Program-made: the position numbers and the translations under genes
Part shown: piece by piece, positions 8,453 through 19,849 of the stretch
Layout of the letters: each line of letters begins with the position of its first letter
Position numbering within the stretch: position 1 is the first letter of the stretch
Notes under the pieces: generated by a model
Told to the model about the DNA's origin: nothing
Databases searched by the model: none
Seen by the model: the letters and a program-made list of their open reading frames with translations, nothing else
Source: an uncultured Rikenellaceae bacterium
Lineage (GTDB): Bacteria; Bacteroidota; Bacteroidia; Bacteroidales; VadinHA17
NCBI GenBank assembly: GCA_964642615.1
Contig: CAZXSW010000001.1
Coordinates: 42,945-106,944, forward strand
Length of the DNA stretch: 64,000 bases
Direction of reading: 5' to 3'

Positions 8453-8607
8453 TCTCGCCGAAGTTTGAAATAAATTAACAAATATACTGGTTCCGGTAGT
8501 AATTGTATATCTCTCAGAACACCATGCTATTTTAAAAATAGTGTAAAGTAAATTTAAAATAAATAATAAATATCTTTACTTGTCAAAATAATCCGGAATA
8601 AGAAAGT

Positions 8608-10794
8608 ATGGCATTCCCGTTTGTGAAACAACCAGATTCCATGGATTGCGGTCCTGCATGCCTGAAGATGGTTGCTGCATTTCATAAAAGAACTATTTCG
8701 CTTGAGACGCTCCGGAAAAAAAGTTATATAGGCAAGGAAGGTGTTTCCTTTATGGGCCTCTCTGAAGCTGCAGATTCAATAGGCTTCAGAACAACAGGAG
8801 TAAGGATTCCTTTCAGGGTCCTTGACGGCAATCTGCCTCTCCCTGCCATTGTCCATTGGAAACAGAAACATTTTGTTGTCGTCTATAAAACAGGGAAGGG
8901 GAAGGTGTGGGTTGCTGATCCGGCTGCCGGACTTATGAAGTATACCAACGAGGATTTTGTTAGGAACTGGGCATCCACCATCTCGGAAGGCGAACCATCC
9001 GGACTTGCCCTCATCCTTGAGCCTACACCTGCTTTCTTTGAGAATGAAGACGAGAAGGAAGCTCACGGAGGATTCAGGTTCCTTTTTGAATATTTTAATC
9101 TTTACAGGAAATATTTGTTTCAACTTATCCTGGGTCTGTTAATAGCCAGTTGTATCCAGCTGGTGATCCCCTTTCTTACCCAGTCGGTTATTGATATAGG
9201 TCTGAATAACAACGATCTTAATTTCATATACCTTGTTCTTTTTGCCCAGCTTGCTCTTGTTATAGGAAGGATGTCGGTCGAATTTATAAGGGGATGGCTG
9301 CTTCTGCATATAGGATCAAGAGTGAATGTGGCAGTGGTATCGGGATTCCTTCAGAAACTGATGTCGCTGCCTGTTTCTTTTTTTGATGCCAGGCTTACAG
9401 GCGACATACTTCAGAGAGTTGATGATAATTACAGGATCGAGGAGTTCCTGACTTCAGCAAGCCTTAATATTATTTTCTCTTTCTTCAACCTTGTCGTATT
9501 CGGAATAGTTCTTGCCGTTTACAGCCTTAAAATTTTTCTGGTCTTTCTTGCCGGGACATTTCTGTATATCCTGTGGGTGACTCTCTTCGTCAAGCCAAGG
9601 GCAAAGCTCGACTATCTGAGGTTCAAGGAGATGTCGGTGGCCACTACAAAACTCATTAACATCATCAACGGGATGCAGGAGATTAAGCTTTCAAGGACCG
9701 AGACATCCATGAGGTGGGAGTGGGAAAAACACCAGGCTTCATTGTTCAGACTTAAGGTAAGAGGACTTGGACTTATTCAGTACCAGTCGGCGGGAGCCAC
9801 CTTTATAAACGAGGTTACCAACATCTTCATTACCATTATGGCTGCCACGGCTGTTCTTAACGGGCAACTGACCCTCGGGATGATGCTGGCCGTACAGTTT
9901 ATTATCGGGCAGCTTAATGTTCCTGTAAGCCAGATAATTGGATTTCTGAGAATCTCCCAGGATGCAAGGATTAGTCTTGACAGACTTGCCGAAGTCCACA
10001 GGATGGAAGAGGAGGAGGAAAATTCGGAACTTAAGGTAAGAAGCCTTCCTGAGAAAAAAGATATTTATATAAACAATCTCTCGTTCCAGTACGAGGGGCC
10101 ACATTCTCCCTATGCCCTTAGAAATATAGACCTGGTAATTGAGGCAAACAAAACAACCGCCATCGTTGGCACCAGCGGAAGCGGAAAGACTACTCTGCTC
10201 AGGATGATACTTGGATTCTACCAGCCTGGTGAAGGTGAAATTATTGTCGGAAACACCCGCCTGTCGAATATAAGTCTTAAAACCTGGCGTGAAAGGGTGG
10301 GGGCCGTAATGCAGAACGGCTTTCTCTTTCCCGATTCTATAGCCAGAAACATAGCTCCGGGTTCAGAGGATATAAATGAGGAAAGAATGATTTATGCAGC
10401 AGGTATTGCAAATATAAGGAGCTACATAGAATCTCTTCCTCTTAACTATAACACCAGGATAAGTGCCAACGGTCATGGACTGAGCGAAGGACAGAAACAA
10501 AGACTGCTGATAGCAAGAGTAATTTATAAAAACCCTGAGATACTGATCTTTGACGAAGCAACTAACTCACTGGATGCCAACAATGAAATGGCCATTGTTG
10601 AAAACCTTTCAGGTTTTTTCGAGGGCAAAACTGTTGTTATTGTTGCTCACAGGCTCAGTACAGTAAGGGATGCAGACAGAATCGTTGTGCTTGATAACGG
10701 AAGAATAGTTGAGTCGGGAGACCATGAGTCTCTTATAAAAAGCAGAGGTGCATATTTCAACCTGATAAAAAACCAGCTTGAACTGGGTAACTGA
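8608..10794 (+). CDS. peptidase-C39-domain ABC transporter (double-glycine peptide cleavage/export ATPase-permease)
   Basis: The N-terminal C39 domain has catalytic Cys in QPDSMDCGPACL, His in KHFVVVY and Asp in VADP. It is followed by 6-TM ABC membrane domain-like segments, Walker A GTSGSGKTT, signature LSEGQKQR and Walker B ILIFDEAT. Confidence 0.9.
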   Translation: MAFPFVKQPDSMDCGPACLKMVAAFHKRTISLETLRKKSYIGKEGVSFMGLSEAADSIGFRTTGVRIPFRVLDGNLPLPAIVHWKQKHFVVVYKTGKGKVWVADPAAGLMKYTNEDFVRNWASTISEGEPSGLALILEPTPAFFENEDEKEAHGGFRFLFEYFNLYRKYLFQLILGLLIASCIQLVIPFLTQSVIDIGLNNNDLNFIYLVLFAQLALVIGRMSVEFIRGWLLLHIGSRVNVAVVSGFLQKLMSLPVSFFDARLTGDILQRVDDNYRIEEFLTSASLNIIFSFFNLVVFGIVLAVYSLKIFLVFLAGTFLYILWVTLFVKPRAKLDYLRFKEMSVATTKLINIINGMQEIKLSRTETSMRWEWEKHQASLFRLKVRGLGLIQYQSAGATFINEVTNIFITIMAATAVLNGQLTLGMMLAVQFIIGQLNVPVSQIIGFLRISQDARISLDRLAEVHRMEEEEENSELKVRSLPEKKDIYINNLSFQYEGPHSPYALRNIDLVIEANKTTAIVGTSGSGKTTLLRMILGFYQPGEGEIIVGNTRLSNISLKTWRERVGAVMQNGFLFPDSIARNIAPGSEDINEERMIYAAGIANIRSYIESLPLNYNTRISANGHGLSEGQKQRLLIARVIYKNPEILIFDEATNSLDANNEMAIVENLSGFFEGKTVVIVAHRLSTVRDADRIVVLDNGRIVESGDHESLIKSRGAYFNLIKNQLELGN

Positions 10795-10802
10795 AACAGT
10801 AA

Positions 10803-12092
10803 ATGAACTACGGGAATAAAAAACTGATCTTCTCCGAACCTGTTAATGAGATAATAGGTGATCCTCCGCGGAAAATTGTAAGATGGGGGACATCTGTTAT
10901 ATTGGTTGTGATAGTACTTTTTATCTTCTTCGCCTGGCTGATCAGATACCCCGATATTGTTCCCTCTCCCGTTGAAATAACTACAGCAAATCCGCCGGTT
11001 ACCCTAGTGGCACGAATATCGGGAAGGATCAAGAATCTTTATGTAAAGGATCAGGACCACGTCAGAAAAGGAGACCTGCTGGCTGTTATGGAGACAGCCG
11101 CTTCAATTGATCAGGTAAGGCATATGAAACTAATTGCCGATTCTATTACAGATCCCGGATCAGTCTCATCTGCCATTCTGCCAGTATTCTCACAGCTTGG
11201 CGAATTACAGTCCTACTGGGGCGGATTCATAAAAAACCTTACTGATTATAATATCTTTGTTGCCAACGACTTCTATGGAAGTAAAATAGAAGCTGTTCTT
11301 AAGGAACTGAAAGGTCTTGATGAATATATAGCCAGGGCAAGAGTGAAGGAAAAACTTCATTCTGAAAATCAGTTGCTTGAAATAAAAAAATTCCGGAGGG
11401 ATTCGTCACTTTTTGCCAATGGGGTGTTTTCTGAAAGCGATTTTGAAAAATCACGTCAATCCCTGCTGAGGATCAATATGGAGCTCCAGGAAGTCAGGCT
11501 CGATCAGTCTGCAAAGGTGATCGAATATGCCGAAAGAAGCCAGCTGCTTCAGGATTACCGGATAAAACGTGAAGAAGAGAGGTCGGGATTGTTAACGCTC
11601 GTCAATGAGTCGTTTCTTAACCTGAAGGCACAGACAAGCATCTGGGAGACAAACTATCTGCTTTATTCTCCTGTCGATGGGACAGTGACCTTTACCAGGT
11701 ACTGGAGCGAAAACCAGTCAGTGCTTCAGGATGAACCGGTACTTAGTGTGGTCCCTGCCGATGCCGGCGAATACATTGGAAGGATTAGTCTGAAGATGCA
11801 AAGATCGGGCAAAGTTGAAGTGGGACAAAAAGTAAATCTCAAGATGAGCGGATATCCCTACCTTGAATATGGAATGGTAAGAGGACTTGTAAGATCAAAA
11901 TCCCTGGTCCCGTCAGCGGATGCCTATATCATAGAAATCAGCCTGCCGGAGGGACTTACAACACTCTACGGCCGGCAAATAGGATTTACACAGAATATGC
12001 AGGGAACAGCTGAAATCATTACCCGCGACCTCCGGCTGATTGAGAAGATATTCAATCCCTTCAGGCACCTGGCATCAAAAAGCAGGCAATAA
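10803..12092 (+). CDS. HlyD-family membrane-fusion/secretion adaptor protein
   Basis: N-terminal TM (WGTSVILVVIVLFIFFAWL), a lipoyl-like motif VRKGDLLAVME, a long coiled-coil centre and a C-terminal beta-barrel-like region. It starts 8 bp after the ABC gene. Confidence 0.85.
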   Translation: MNYGNKKLIFSEPVNEIIGDPPRKIVRWGTSVILVVIVLFIFFAWLIRYPDIVPSPVEITTANPPVTLVARISGRIKNLYVKDQDHVRKGDLLAVMETAASIDQVRHMKLIADSITDPGSVSSAILPVFSQLGELQSYWGGFIKNLTDYNIFVANDFYGSKIEAVLKELKGLDEYIARARVKEKLHSENQLLEIKKFRRDSSLFANGVFSESDFEKSRQSLLRINMELQEVRLDQSAKVIEYAERSQLLQDYRIKREEERSGLLTLVNESFLNLKAQTSIWETNYLLYSPVDGTVTFTRYWSENQSVLQDEPVLSVVPADAGEYIGRISLKMQRSGKVEVGQKVNLKMSGYPYLEYGMVRGLVRSKSLVPSADAYIIEISLPEGLTTLYGRQIGFTQNMQGTAEIITRDLRLIEKIFNPFRHLASKSRQ

Positions 12093-12093
12093 A

Positions 12094-12273
12094 CTAATCC
12101 TTTCCCCCGGAGTATGGTTCATAATCACCACCCTGACTGCTTCGGGAGCTGTGGCTTGCAGAATCCTCCGGACTACTCCTGTCTTCTTCTTTCTTCATTT
12201 TCTTCTGGTACAGACGAATAGCTACAACTATACCTACAACAACCAGAATTATAATGTCTTTCTTATCCATCAT
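12094..12273 (-). CDS. small single-TM protein with an acidic/Ser-rich tail (hypothetical)
   Basis: An internal Met of the 89-aa ORF gives MMDKKDIIILVVVGIVVAIRLYQKKMKKEEDRSSPEDSASHSSRSSQGGDYEPYSGGKD. Its stop codon lies 1 bp from the HlyD stop, convergent. No homology was recognised. Confidence 0.35.
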   Translation of the reverse strand: MMDKKDIIILVVVGIVVAIRLYQKKMKKEEDRSSPEDSASHSSRSSQGGDYEPYSGGKD

Positions 12274-12721
12274 TATATTAATATTAAATTTTAGAGCATG
12301 ATGTAAACCACATGTTAAAATCTTATTAAAAGTGGTTGTGTCAGCATAACATGGGGGTTTCAATTCCTAAATATAATTACGCAACCTGTCTGTTATTTCC
12401 GGATCGCCGTATAAGCTTCAAAGATATAACAATCATTACAATTATATTTTTTGTTACAAGCATTTTCTTTCCTGTTTTTTTAGTTTTCTGCTACCAAATG
12501 CCTTTTAAGGAACATTTTTGCAACATATTGGACCCCAAAGGTTGCAGTGTTTCAGTCCCTGTTTCTCACCTGAAACCACAGCCTTAATAATTGATAATCA
12601 AATTAATTTATGTTAAAACTTTGAGTTTTAATAATTATTTCAATATTTTCGTACTCTGAAAATTCCATGAGATGTCATGGTGATGAATCTACTAAGGATT
12701 TGAAACATAACAGGATTAAAT

Positions 12722-14776
12722 ATGACAACAAACAATCCGGATGACACTGTTCTTGATGAACAGTACGGTGCTGAAAAAAACACCGGTTCTGAGAATAAAG
12801 AAGATACGGCAGAAGCCGGGGCTGATATCACTGGAGCCGGGGAAAATGAATATGCTGAAAAGAAAGCCGGAAGCGACACAGTTGCTGAACCGGAAGCCTC
12901 AGCCGACCAGGAAGCAGATGAACCTGTTGAAGAGAAAGCCGGAAGCGACACAGTTGCTGAACCGGAAGCCTCAGCCGGCACTGAAGAAAACGTGGAGAGT
13001 GAAAGCGGAGAAGCGGAAGTCAGCGATCTTGACAACATTGAACTTCCTCCGGTTGATTATTCAGGTTTCTCAAAACAGGAACTGGCCGAAACCCTGGCTC
13101 TGATAATAGAAAACCGTCCTCCTTCCGAGATCAGGGATGATGTTGAAAGGATCAGAATCTTTTTCTATAAGAAACTTAAGCAGGAAGCCGAAGAGAGAAA
13201 GAAAAAATTTCTTGATGAGGGCGGAAAACCTGAAGAATACAAAGTGTGGGTCGATCCTCTCGACTATCAGGTGAAGGAAATGCTTGAAAAGTACAGGGAG
13301 AAAAAAAACGACTACAATAAGATTCAGGAATCGGAGAAATACGAGAACCTGAAAAAGAAATATGAGATCATTGACAAGATAAAGGACCTTGTAAACAGGG
13401 AGGAATCAATAAACAAGACCTTCCATGATTTCAGGCTTCTGCAGAACGAGTGGCATTCAACAGGTGTGGTCCCCCAGTCATCACTTAAAGATCTGTGGGA
13501 GAACTATCATCATAATGTCGAACTCTTCTATGATTATATAAAGATCAACAAGGAACTCAGGGACCTTGACCTTAAAAAAAACCTTGAAGCAAAGGTCGTA
13601 CTATGTGAAAAGGCAGAGGAACTGCTGCTGGAGCCTAATCCGGTAAATGCCTTCAGAGCCCTGCAGGACTTCCATAACCAATGGCGTGAGATAGGTCCGG
13701 TTCCCATCGAATCAAAAAATGAGATATGGGAACGATTCAGGGAAGCCACATCACAGATAAACAGGCGACATCACGAGTATTTCGAGAACCAGAAAGATGA
13801 ACAGCGGAAAAACCTGGAGGCTAAAATGGCTTTGTGTGAGCAGGTGGAAAGTATCAACCTTCAGGAGATAAAGAGCTTCAGGGAGTTTGATGAGACAGCT
13901 GATAAGATTGTATCCCTTCAGAAGATGTGGAGGACTATTGGCTTTGCTCCCAAGAAACAGAATAACAAAGTTTACCAGAGGTTCAGGGAAGCATGCGATG
14001 CCTTTTTTGAAAAGAAAAGAAGCTTCTACTCCGACAATAAGGAAACCCAGCTCAATAATCTTCAGCTTAAAACAGAACTCTGTATTCAGGCTGAAGCCCT
14101 TCAGGGCAGTACTGACTGGAAAAACACTTCCGACGCACTTATTAAGCTTCAGAAGGAGTGGAAGGAAATAGGTCCTGTCCCCCGGAAGCAGTCTGAAAGG
14201 ACCTGGAAGAGATTCAGAAAAGCCTGTGATCATTTTTTTAATATGAAAGCCGAGCATTTTGCAAGTCTTGACAATTCATATGAAGATAATCTAAAGGCCA
14301 AAGTGGCTATTATCGATGAACTTGAGAAGTTTGAGCCGGGTAATGATGTTCACTCCGCCTTTGAACGACTTAAGGAAATACAGAGGAGATGGACAGAAAT
14401 TGGTTTTGTGCCCTTCAATAAAAAGGATGAAATAACAAACAGATACAGAAATGCTCTTAACCAGGAGTTCGACAAACTCAGAATAGGTGATGATGACAAG
14501 AGCATCCTGAAATACAGGACCAAGCTTGACAGTCTTAAGACAAATCCCAAAGCATCAAGAAAAGTAAGGAACGAAAGAGAGAAGTTTTTTACAAGGATCA
14601 AACAGCTTGAAGGCGATATCGTTTTGTGGGAGAATAATATAGGCTTCTTTGCCAAGTCTGCCAATGCCGACAATATGATAAGGGAGGTTCAGGAGAAAAT
14701 CGAAAATGCGAAGAAGATGATTAAGACCCTTGAGGAAAAGGTTAAAATGATCGATCAATCAGGGCTTGATGAATAA
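12722..14776 (+). CDS. DUF349 repeat protein with an acidic N-terminal tandem duplication
   Basis: Multiple DUF349-type repeats are present (W.EIGPVP....E.W.RFR.A.D.FF, e.g. WKEIGPVPRKQSERTWKRFRKACDHFF). The acidic N-terminus contains a duplicated EKKAGSDTVAEPEASA. Confidence 0.85.
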   Translation: MTTNNPDDTVLDEQYGAEKNTGSENKEDTAEAGADITGAGENEYAEKKAGSDTVAEPEASADQEADEPVEEKAGSDTVAEPEASAGTEENVESESGEAEVSDLDNIELPPVDYSGFSKQELAETLALIIENRPPSEIRDDVERIRIFFYKKLKQEAEERKKKFLDEGGKPEEYKVWVDPLDYQVKEMLEKYREKKNDYNKIQESEKYENLKKKYEIIDKIKDLVNREESINKTFHDFRLLQNEWHSTGVVPQSSLKDLWENYHHNVELFYDYIKINKELRDLDLKKNLEAKVVLCEKAEELLLEPNPVNAFRALQDFHNQWREIGPVPIESKNEIWERFREATSQINRRHHEYFENQKDEQRKNLEAKMALCEQVESINLQEIKSFREFDETADKIVSLQKMWRTIGFAPKKQNNKVYQRFREACDAFFEKKRSFYSDNKETQLNNLQLKTELCIQAEALQGSTDWKNTSDALIKLQKEWKEIGPVPRKQSERTWKRFRKACDHFFNMKAEHFASLDNSYEDNLKAKVAIIDELEKFEPGNDVHSAFERLKEIQRRWTEIGFVPFNKKDEITNRYRNALNQEFDKLRIGDDDKSILKYRTKLDSLKTNPKASRKVRNEREKFFTRIKQLEGDIVLWENNIGFFAKSANADNMIREVQEKIENAKKMIKTLEEKVKMIDQSGLDE
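12861..12977 (+). repeat. perfect 45-bp direct repeat (12861-12905 and 12933-12977), period 72 bp, in frame within the DUF349 gene
   Basis: AGAAAGCCGGAAGCGACACAGTTGCTGAACCGGAAGCCTCAGCCG occurs twice, read directly from the sequence. Confidence 0.9.
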
Positions 14777-14808
14777 TGTTTTTTTATACAGAGGTTTTCT
14801 ATTCTTAA

Positions 14809-16425
<1,617 letters not shown>

Positions 16426-16462
16426 TATATTGCAAAACTTTTAATTAACTGATATAGAAGGA

Positions 16463-18430
16463 ATGGATAAAAATACAATCACCGGCCTTGTTCTTATTTT
16501 TCTGATCTTCATAGGATTCAGCATTTTCAACAGCAGCAGGTTGAACAAAACTTACGAAAAAGTAATCGTAACCGCTGATTCCCTTTATTCAGAGGGAGAT
16601 CTTGAAAATGCCCGTGCCGAATACATTAATGCCCTCAGATACAAACCAAACAGTCCGGATGCTATAGCAAGAGTGAATGAAATAAACCAGACACTGGGTT
16701 TCGTACAGGAATTGCCTTCGGCAGATACAGTTACTTCAGTTGTTAAGAGCCCGGATACTTCATCACTTATACTGCCCGACAGCATCCTTAATGTAAACAG
16801 ATTCGGTACTTTTGCAGCTTCAGCGACCGGCGTTGATGAATACATTACACTGGAAAACAACAGGATTGAGCTTAAGATCTCCCTCAGGGGAGGACGGGTA
16901 TATTCAGCCCGGCTTAAAGATTTTGTAACCCACGACGGCAAACCCCTTATCCTCTTCTCAGGCGATTCCACCGAATTCGGGTTCAACTTTTTCACAGCCG
17001 ATAACAGGGCCATCAGAACAAATGACCTCTGGTTCACCAGGGTCACTGACAGCAAGGTGGTGTCTGCAACAGAAAGTGCCGGATCAGTGGTGCTAAGGTT
17101 GCTGGCCGGAGATGACAGGTATATAGAGTATAATTATACACTGGAACCTGATAAATATACTGTCGACTTCAATGTTACATTCAAGTCAATGGAAGGTGTC
17201 ATAGCCTCAAATGTCAACAGCATCACCCTCGACTGGAAGATGTATATCCCCCAGCAGGAAAAGGGAAGGCAGAATGAAGACCTGTATACAACAATCAAAT
17301 ACAGGTATTATCAGGATGATGTTGACGGACTCAATCCAAGGTCGAAGAAAGAGCTCGACAATGCTGATATCACAACAAAACTAAGCTGGGTAGCCTTTCA
17401 GGATCAGTTCTTTTCGTCCATTGTCATGACGGACGGATTTTTCCTTAACGGTTCTCTCTCTTCCTCCAAGACTGCCGCTTCCGAGAAGTATATACGCTTT
17501 TTTACAGCAGAGCTGGGTGTCCCATTCAGTCAGGACCAGCAGACTGACTTTGCAATGAAGTTTTATTATGGTCCAAACCATATTTCCACACTGAAGAAGT
17601 CGGGAGATGAACTTGATAAGATAGTTTTCCTGGGCAAGAACATAATTGGCTGGATTAACAGGTTTATTATTATTCCGATTTTCAACTGGCTCGAGAAGTA
17701 TATAGCCAGTTACGGACTTATAATTCTTATCCTGACCATTATAATCAAGATAGTACTTCTCCCGCTTACCCTTAAATCTTATCAGTCAACGGCAAAGATG
17801 CAGGTACTTAAACCTCAGGTCGATGAGCTGGGCAAGAAATTTCCGAAAAAGGAAGATGCCATGAAGAAGCAACAGGCTACCATGGAACTTTACAAGAGAG
17901 CCGGAGTGAATCCAATGGGTGGCTGTCTGCCCATGCTGCTTCAGATGCCCATCCTTTTTGCTATGTTCAGGTTCTTCCCTGTTTCGATAGAGTTGCGTCA
18001 GGAAGCCTTCCTATGGGCCACCGACCTTTCAACATACGACTCAATACTCACTTTGCCCTTTACAATACCAATGTACGGGAACCATGTAAGCCTTTTCACC
18101 CTGCTGATGACGGCATCTACCTTGCTTACAATGAAGATGACCGGATCTTCTCCCGGTTCTGACCAGCCCGGAATGAAGGCAATGATGTACATGATGCCTG
18201 TGATGTTCATGGTTATTCTTAATAATTTTTCATCGGGACTGACTTATTATTATTTCCTTGCCAATATTCTGACCTTCATTCAGAACTTTGTGTCAAAGAA
18301 AATGATTAATGCAGATGCTGTTTTAGCTAAACTTGAGGAGAACTCAAAGAAACCTATTAAGAAATCAAAATGGCAGCAGCGGCTGGAAGAAGCTGCTAAA
18401 CAAAGAGGTGTCAGTCCTCCAAAAAGGTAA
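16463..18430 (+). CDS. yidC: membrane protein insertase YidC (long Bacteroidota form)
   Basis: N-terminal TM, a large periplasmic domain, and a C-terminal 60-kDa insertase core (LLPLTLKSYQSTAKMQVLKPQ, YKRAGVNPMGGCLPMLLQMPILFA). Confidence 0.9.
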   Translation: MDKNTITGLVLIFLIFIGFSIFNSSRLNKTYEKVIVTADSLYSEGDLENARAEYINALRYKPNSPDAIARVNEINQTLGFVQELPSADTVTSVVKSPDTSSLILPDSILNVNRFGTFAASATGVDEYITLENNRIELKISLRGGRVYSARLKDFVTHDGKPLILFSGDSTEFGFNFFTADNRAIRTNDLWFTRVTDSKVVSATESAGSVVLRLLAGDDRYIEYNYTLEPDKYTVDFNVTFKSMEGVIASNVNSITLDWKMYIPQQEKGRQNEDLYTTIKYRYYQDDVDGLNPRSKKELDNADITTKLSWVAFQDQFFSSIVMTDGFFLNGSLSSSKTAASEKYIRFFTAELGVPFSQDQQTDFAMKFYYGPNHISTLKKSGDELDKIVFLGKNIIGWINRFIIIPIFNWLEKYIASYGLIILILTIIIKIVLLPLTLKSYQSTAKMQVLKPQVDELGKKFPKKEDAMKKQQATMELYKRAGVNPMGGCLPMLLQMPILFAMFRFFPVSIELRQEAFLWATDLSTYDSILTLPFTIPMYGNHVSLFTLLMTASTLLTMKMTGSSPGSDQPGMKAMMYMMPVMFMVILNNFSSGLTYYYFLANILTFIQNFVSKKMINADAVLAKLEENSKKPIKKSKWQQRLEEAAKQRGVSPPKR

Positions 18431-18542
18431 TTAAGATACCCTGGAGCTGAAAATTTCTTTGTTGAATGTTAATTTTTCATAAAACTGACACTCATGTGAA
18501 AAAATATTTCTAAATTTAGATAATTCTAAAAACAGGGGAAAA

Positions 18543-19577
18543 ATGGGGAAAAAAGTTAAAAACAAAGATTTAGCTGCCAGACTTGGTTTATCGGGGACAC
18601 TGGTTTCGCTGGTGTTAAACAATAAGGCTGATCAGCATGGGATTCGAAAGGATACCCAGGAAAGAGTTCTTGCACTTGCAAGACAGATGGGATATTTTGA
18701 TCAACAGAAAGAGAAAGGGGAGCCAGCCCCGGTCGAAGAAAAACCGGGGGTTCTGGGAATGATAGTTCCTACTATCAACGATCCTTTTATTTATGAGATC
18801 ACACCTTACCTTCAGAAAGCTTTCACAAGCATAGGGGTAGGATTTTCCATAATTACCAAGGATCCGGATGACCAGAGATACAACAGGCTTATCTCAGCTT
18901 TCAAAAAGTTTTACAGCGGTCTTATCCTCGTCGGAGAAGCAGCCGATGATTACACCATCAGAACGCTAAAGGCAGCTGATTACCCATTCGTGCTTCTTGA
19001 GAAATCTGTAAAGAGTGTCAGGCTTAACACTGTCTGTACTGATAACAGTGTTGGCTCACAGCTTGTGGCAGACCATATTTCAAAACTGGGTTATAAGAAT
19101 ATAATTATTGCCACATGGCAGAAAAGTTCTGGCAGGGATACTCCTGTTATTGAAGAAATCAGGCAGGCCCTTGGTAAAAATCCTGAGATCAACAAACCTG
19201 TTGTGGTTGAAATTGAACCTCCTCATACAGGTTCAGATATCGATATAGCACAGTTTGAGAAGTTCATGAGGCCTCCTCACAGTGCAGAAATAATACTTGT
19301 TCTGCATTCCGCCCTTGTATATCCCCTGATGGCTGCCTTAAGAAAACGCAAACTAAGGGTGCCTCAGGATATAGCCCTTATCTCAATGGAAGACGGTATC
19401 GGATTTGATCTTATGTTTTCTCCGGTTACATGCCTCAGAAAACAGTTGCCTGCCATGGCCCTTAAGATTGCAAACATGATCTGGACCGAAGTAAAGAATT
19501 CAGGCAAAAGCAAATACAAAAGACAGGTGAATATATCCCCTGAACTCCTGATCAGGAATTCATGCGGCACCCTCTGA
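18543..19577 (+). CDS. LacI-family transcriptional regulator
   Basis: N-terminal HTH KDLAARLGLSGTLVSLVLNN followed by a periplasmic-binding-protein-like sugar-binding fold of about 280 aa. Confidence 0.85.
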   Translation: MGKKVKNKDLAARLGLSGTLVSLVLNNKADQHGIRKDTQERVLALARQMGYFDQQKEKGEPAPVEEKPGVLGMIVPTINDPFIYEITPYLQKAFTSIGVGFSIITKDPDDQRYNRLISAFKKFYSGLILVGEAADDYTIRTLKAADYPFVLLEKSVKSVRLNTVCTDNSVGSQLVADHISKLGYKNIIIATWQKSSGRDTPVIEEIRQALGKNPEINKPVVVEIEPPHTGSDIDIAQFEKFMRPPHSAEIILVLHSALVYPLMAALRKRKLRVPQDIALISMEDGIGFDLMFSPVTCLRKQLPAMALKIANMIWTEVKNSGKSKYKRQVNISPELLIRNSCGTL

Positions 19578-19654
19578 AATATTTGTTACCATCCTGTTAA
19601 TAAATAGCCCCTGCATTGTATTGATTCATCACTGAAATCAAATACTTTTGTCTT

Positions 19655-19846
19655 GTTACGGTATCACGGTAATTTTATACCGTGATCGTGATTAAGAGGG
19701 AATGCGGTGTGATTCCGCAACAGTACCCGCTGCTGTGATGCCCGATCGTTCAAACGATGATGGCTTATGAAATACCTGCCACTGTTCCTTTGCGGAATGG
19801 GAAGGCTTCATAAACCGGGATAAGTCAGAAGACCTGCCGTAAGTAA
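19655..19846 (+). promoter_or_regulatory. cobalamin (B12) riboswitch
   Basis: Conserved core AAGAGGGAATGCGGTGTGATTCCGCAACAGTACCCGCTGCTGTGA, B12 box GCCACTG (19778-19784), GGGAAGGC, and AGTCAGAAGACCTGCC. It lies directly upstream of a TonB-dependent receptor gene. Confidence 0.85.
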
Positions 19847-19849
19847 AGT

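Noticed and set aside
12336-12587. An 83-aa plus-strand ORF, plus several ORFs under 30 codons, in the AT-rich gap before the DUF349 gene. These were screened as possible extra GG-leader peptides.
   Set aside because: None has a GG leader pattern, and the translations are hydrophobic and low-complexity, as expected for AT-rich DNA. I found no second precursor peptide.
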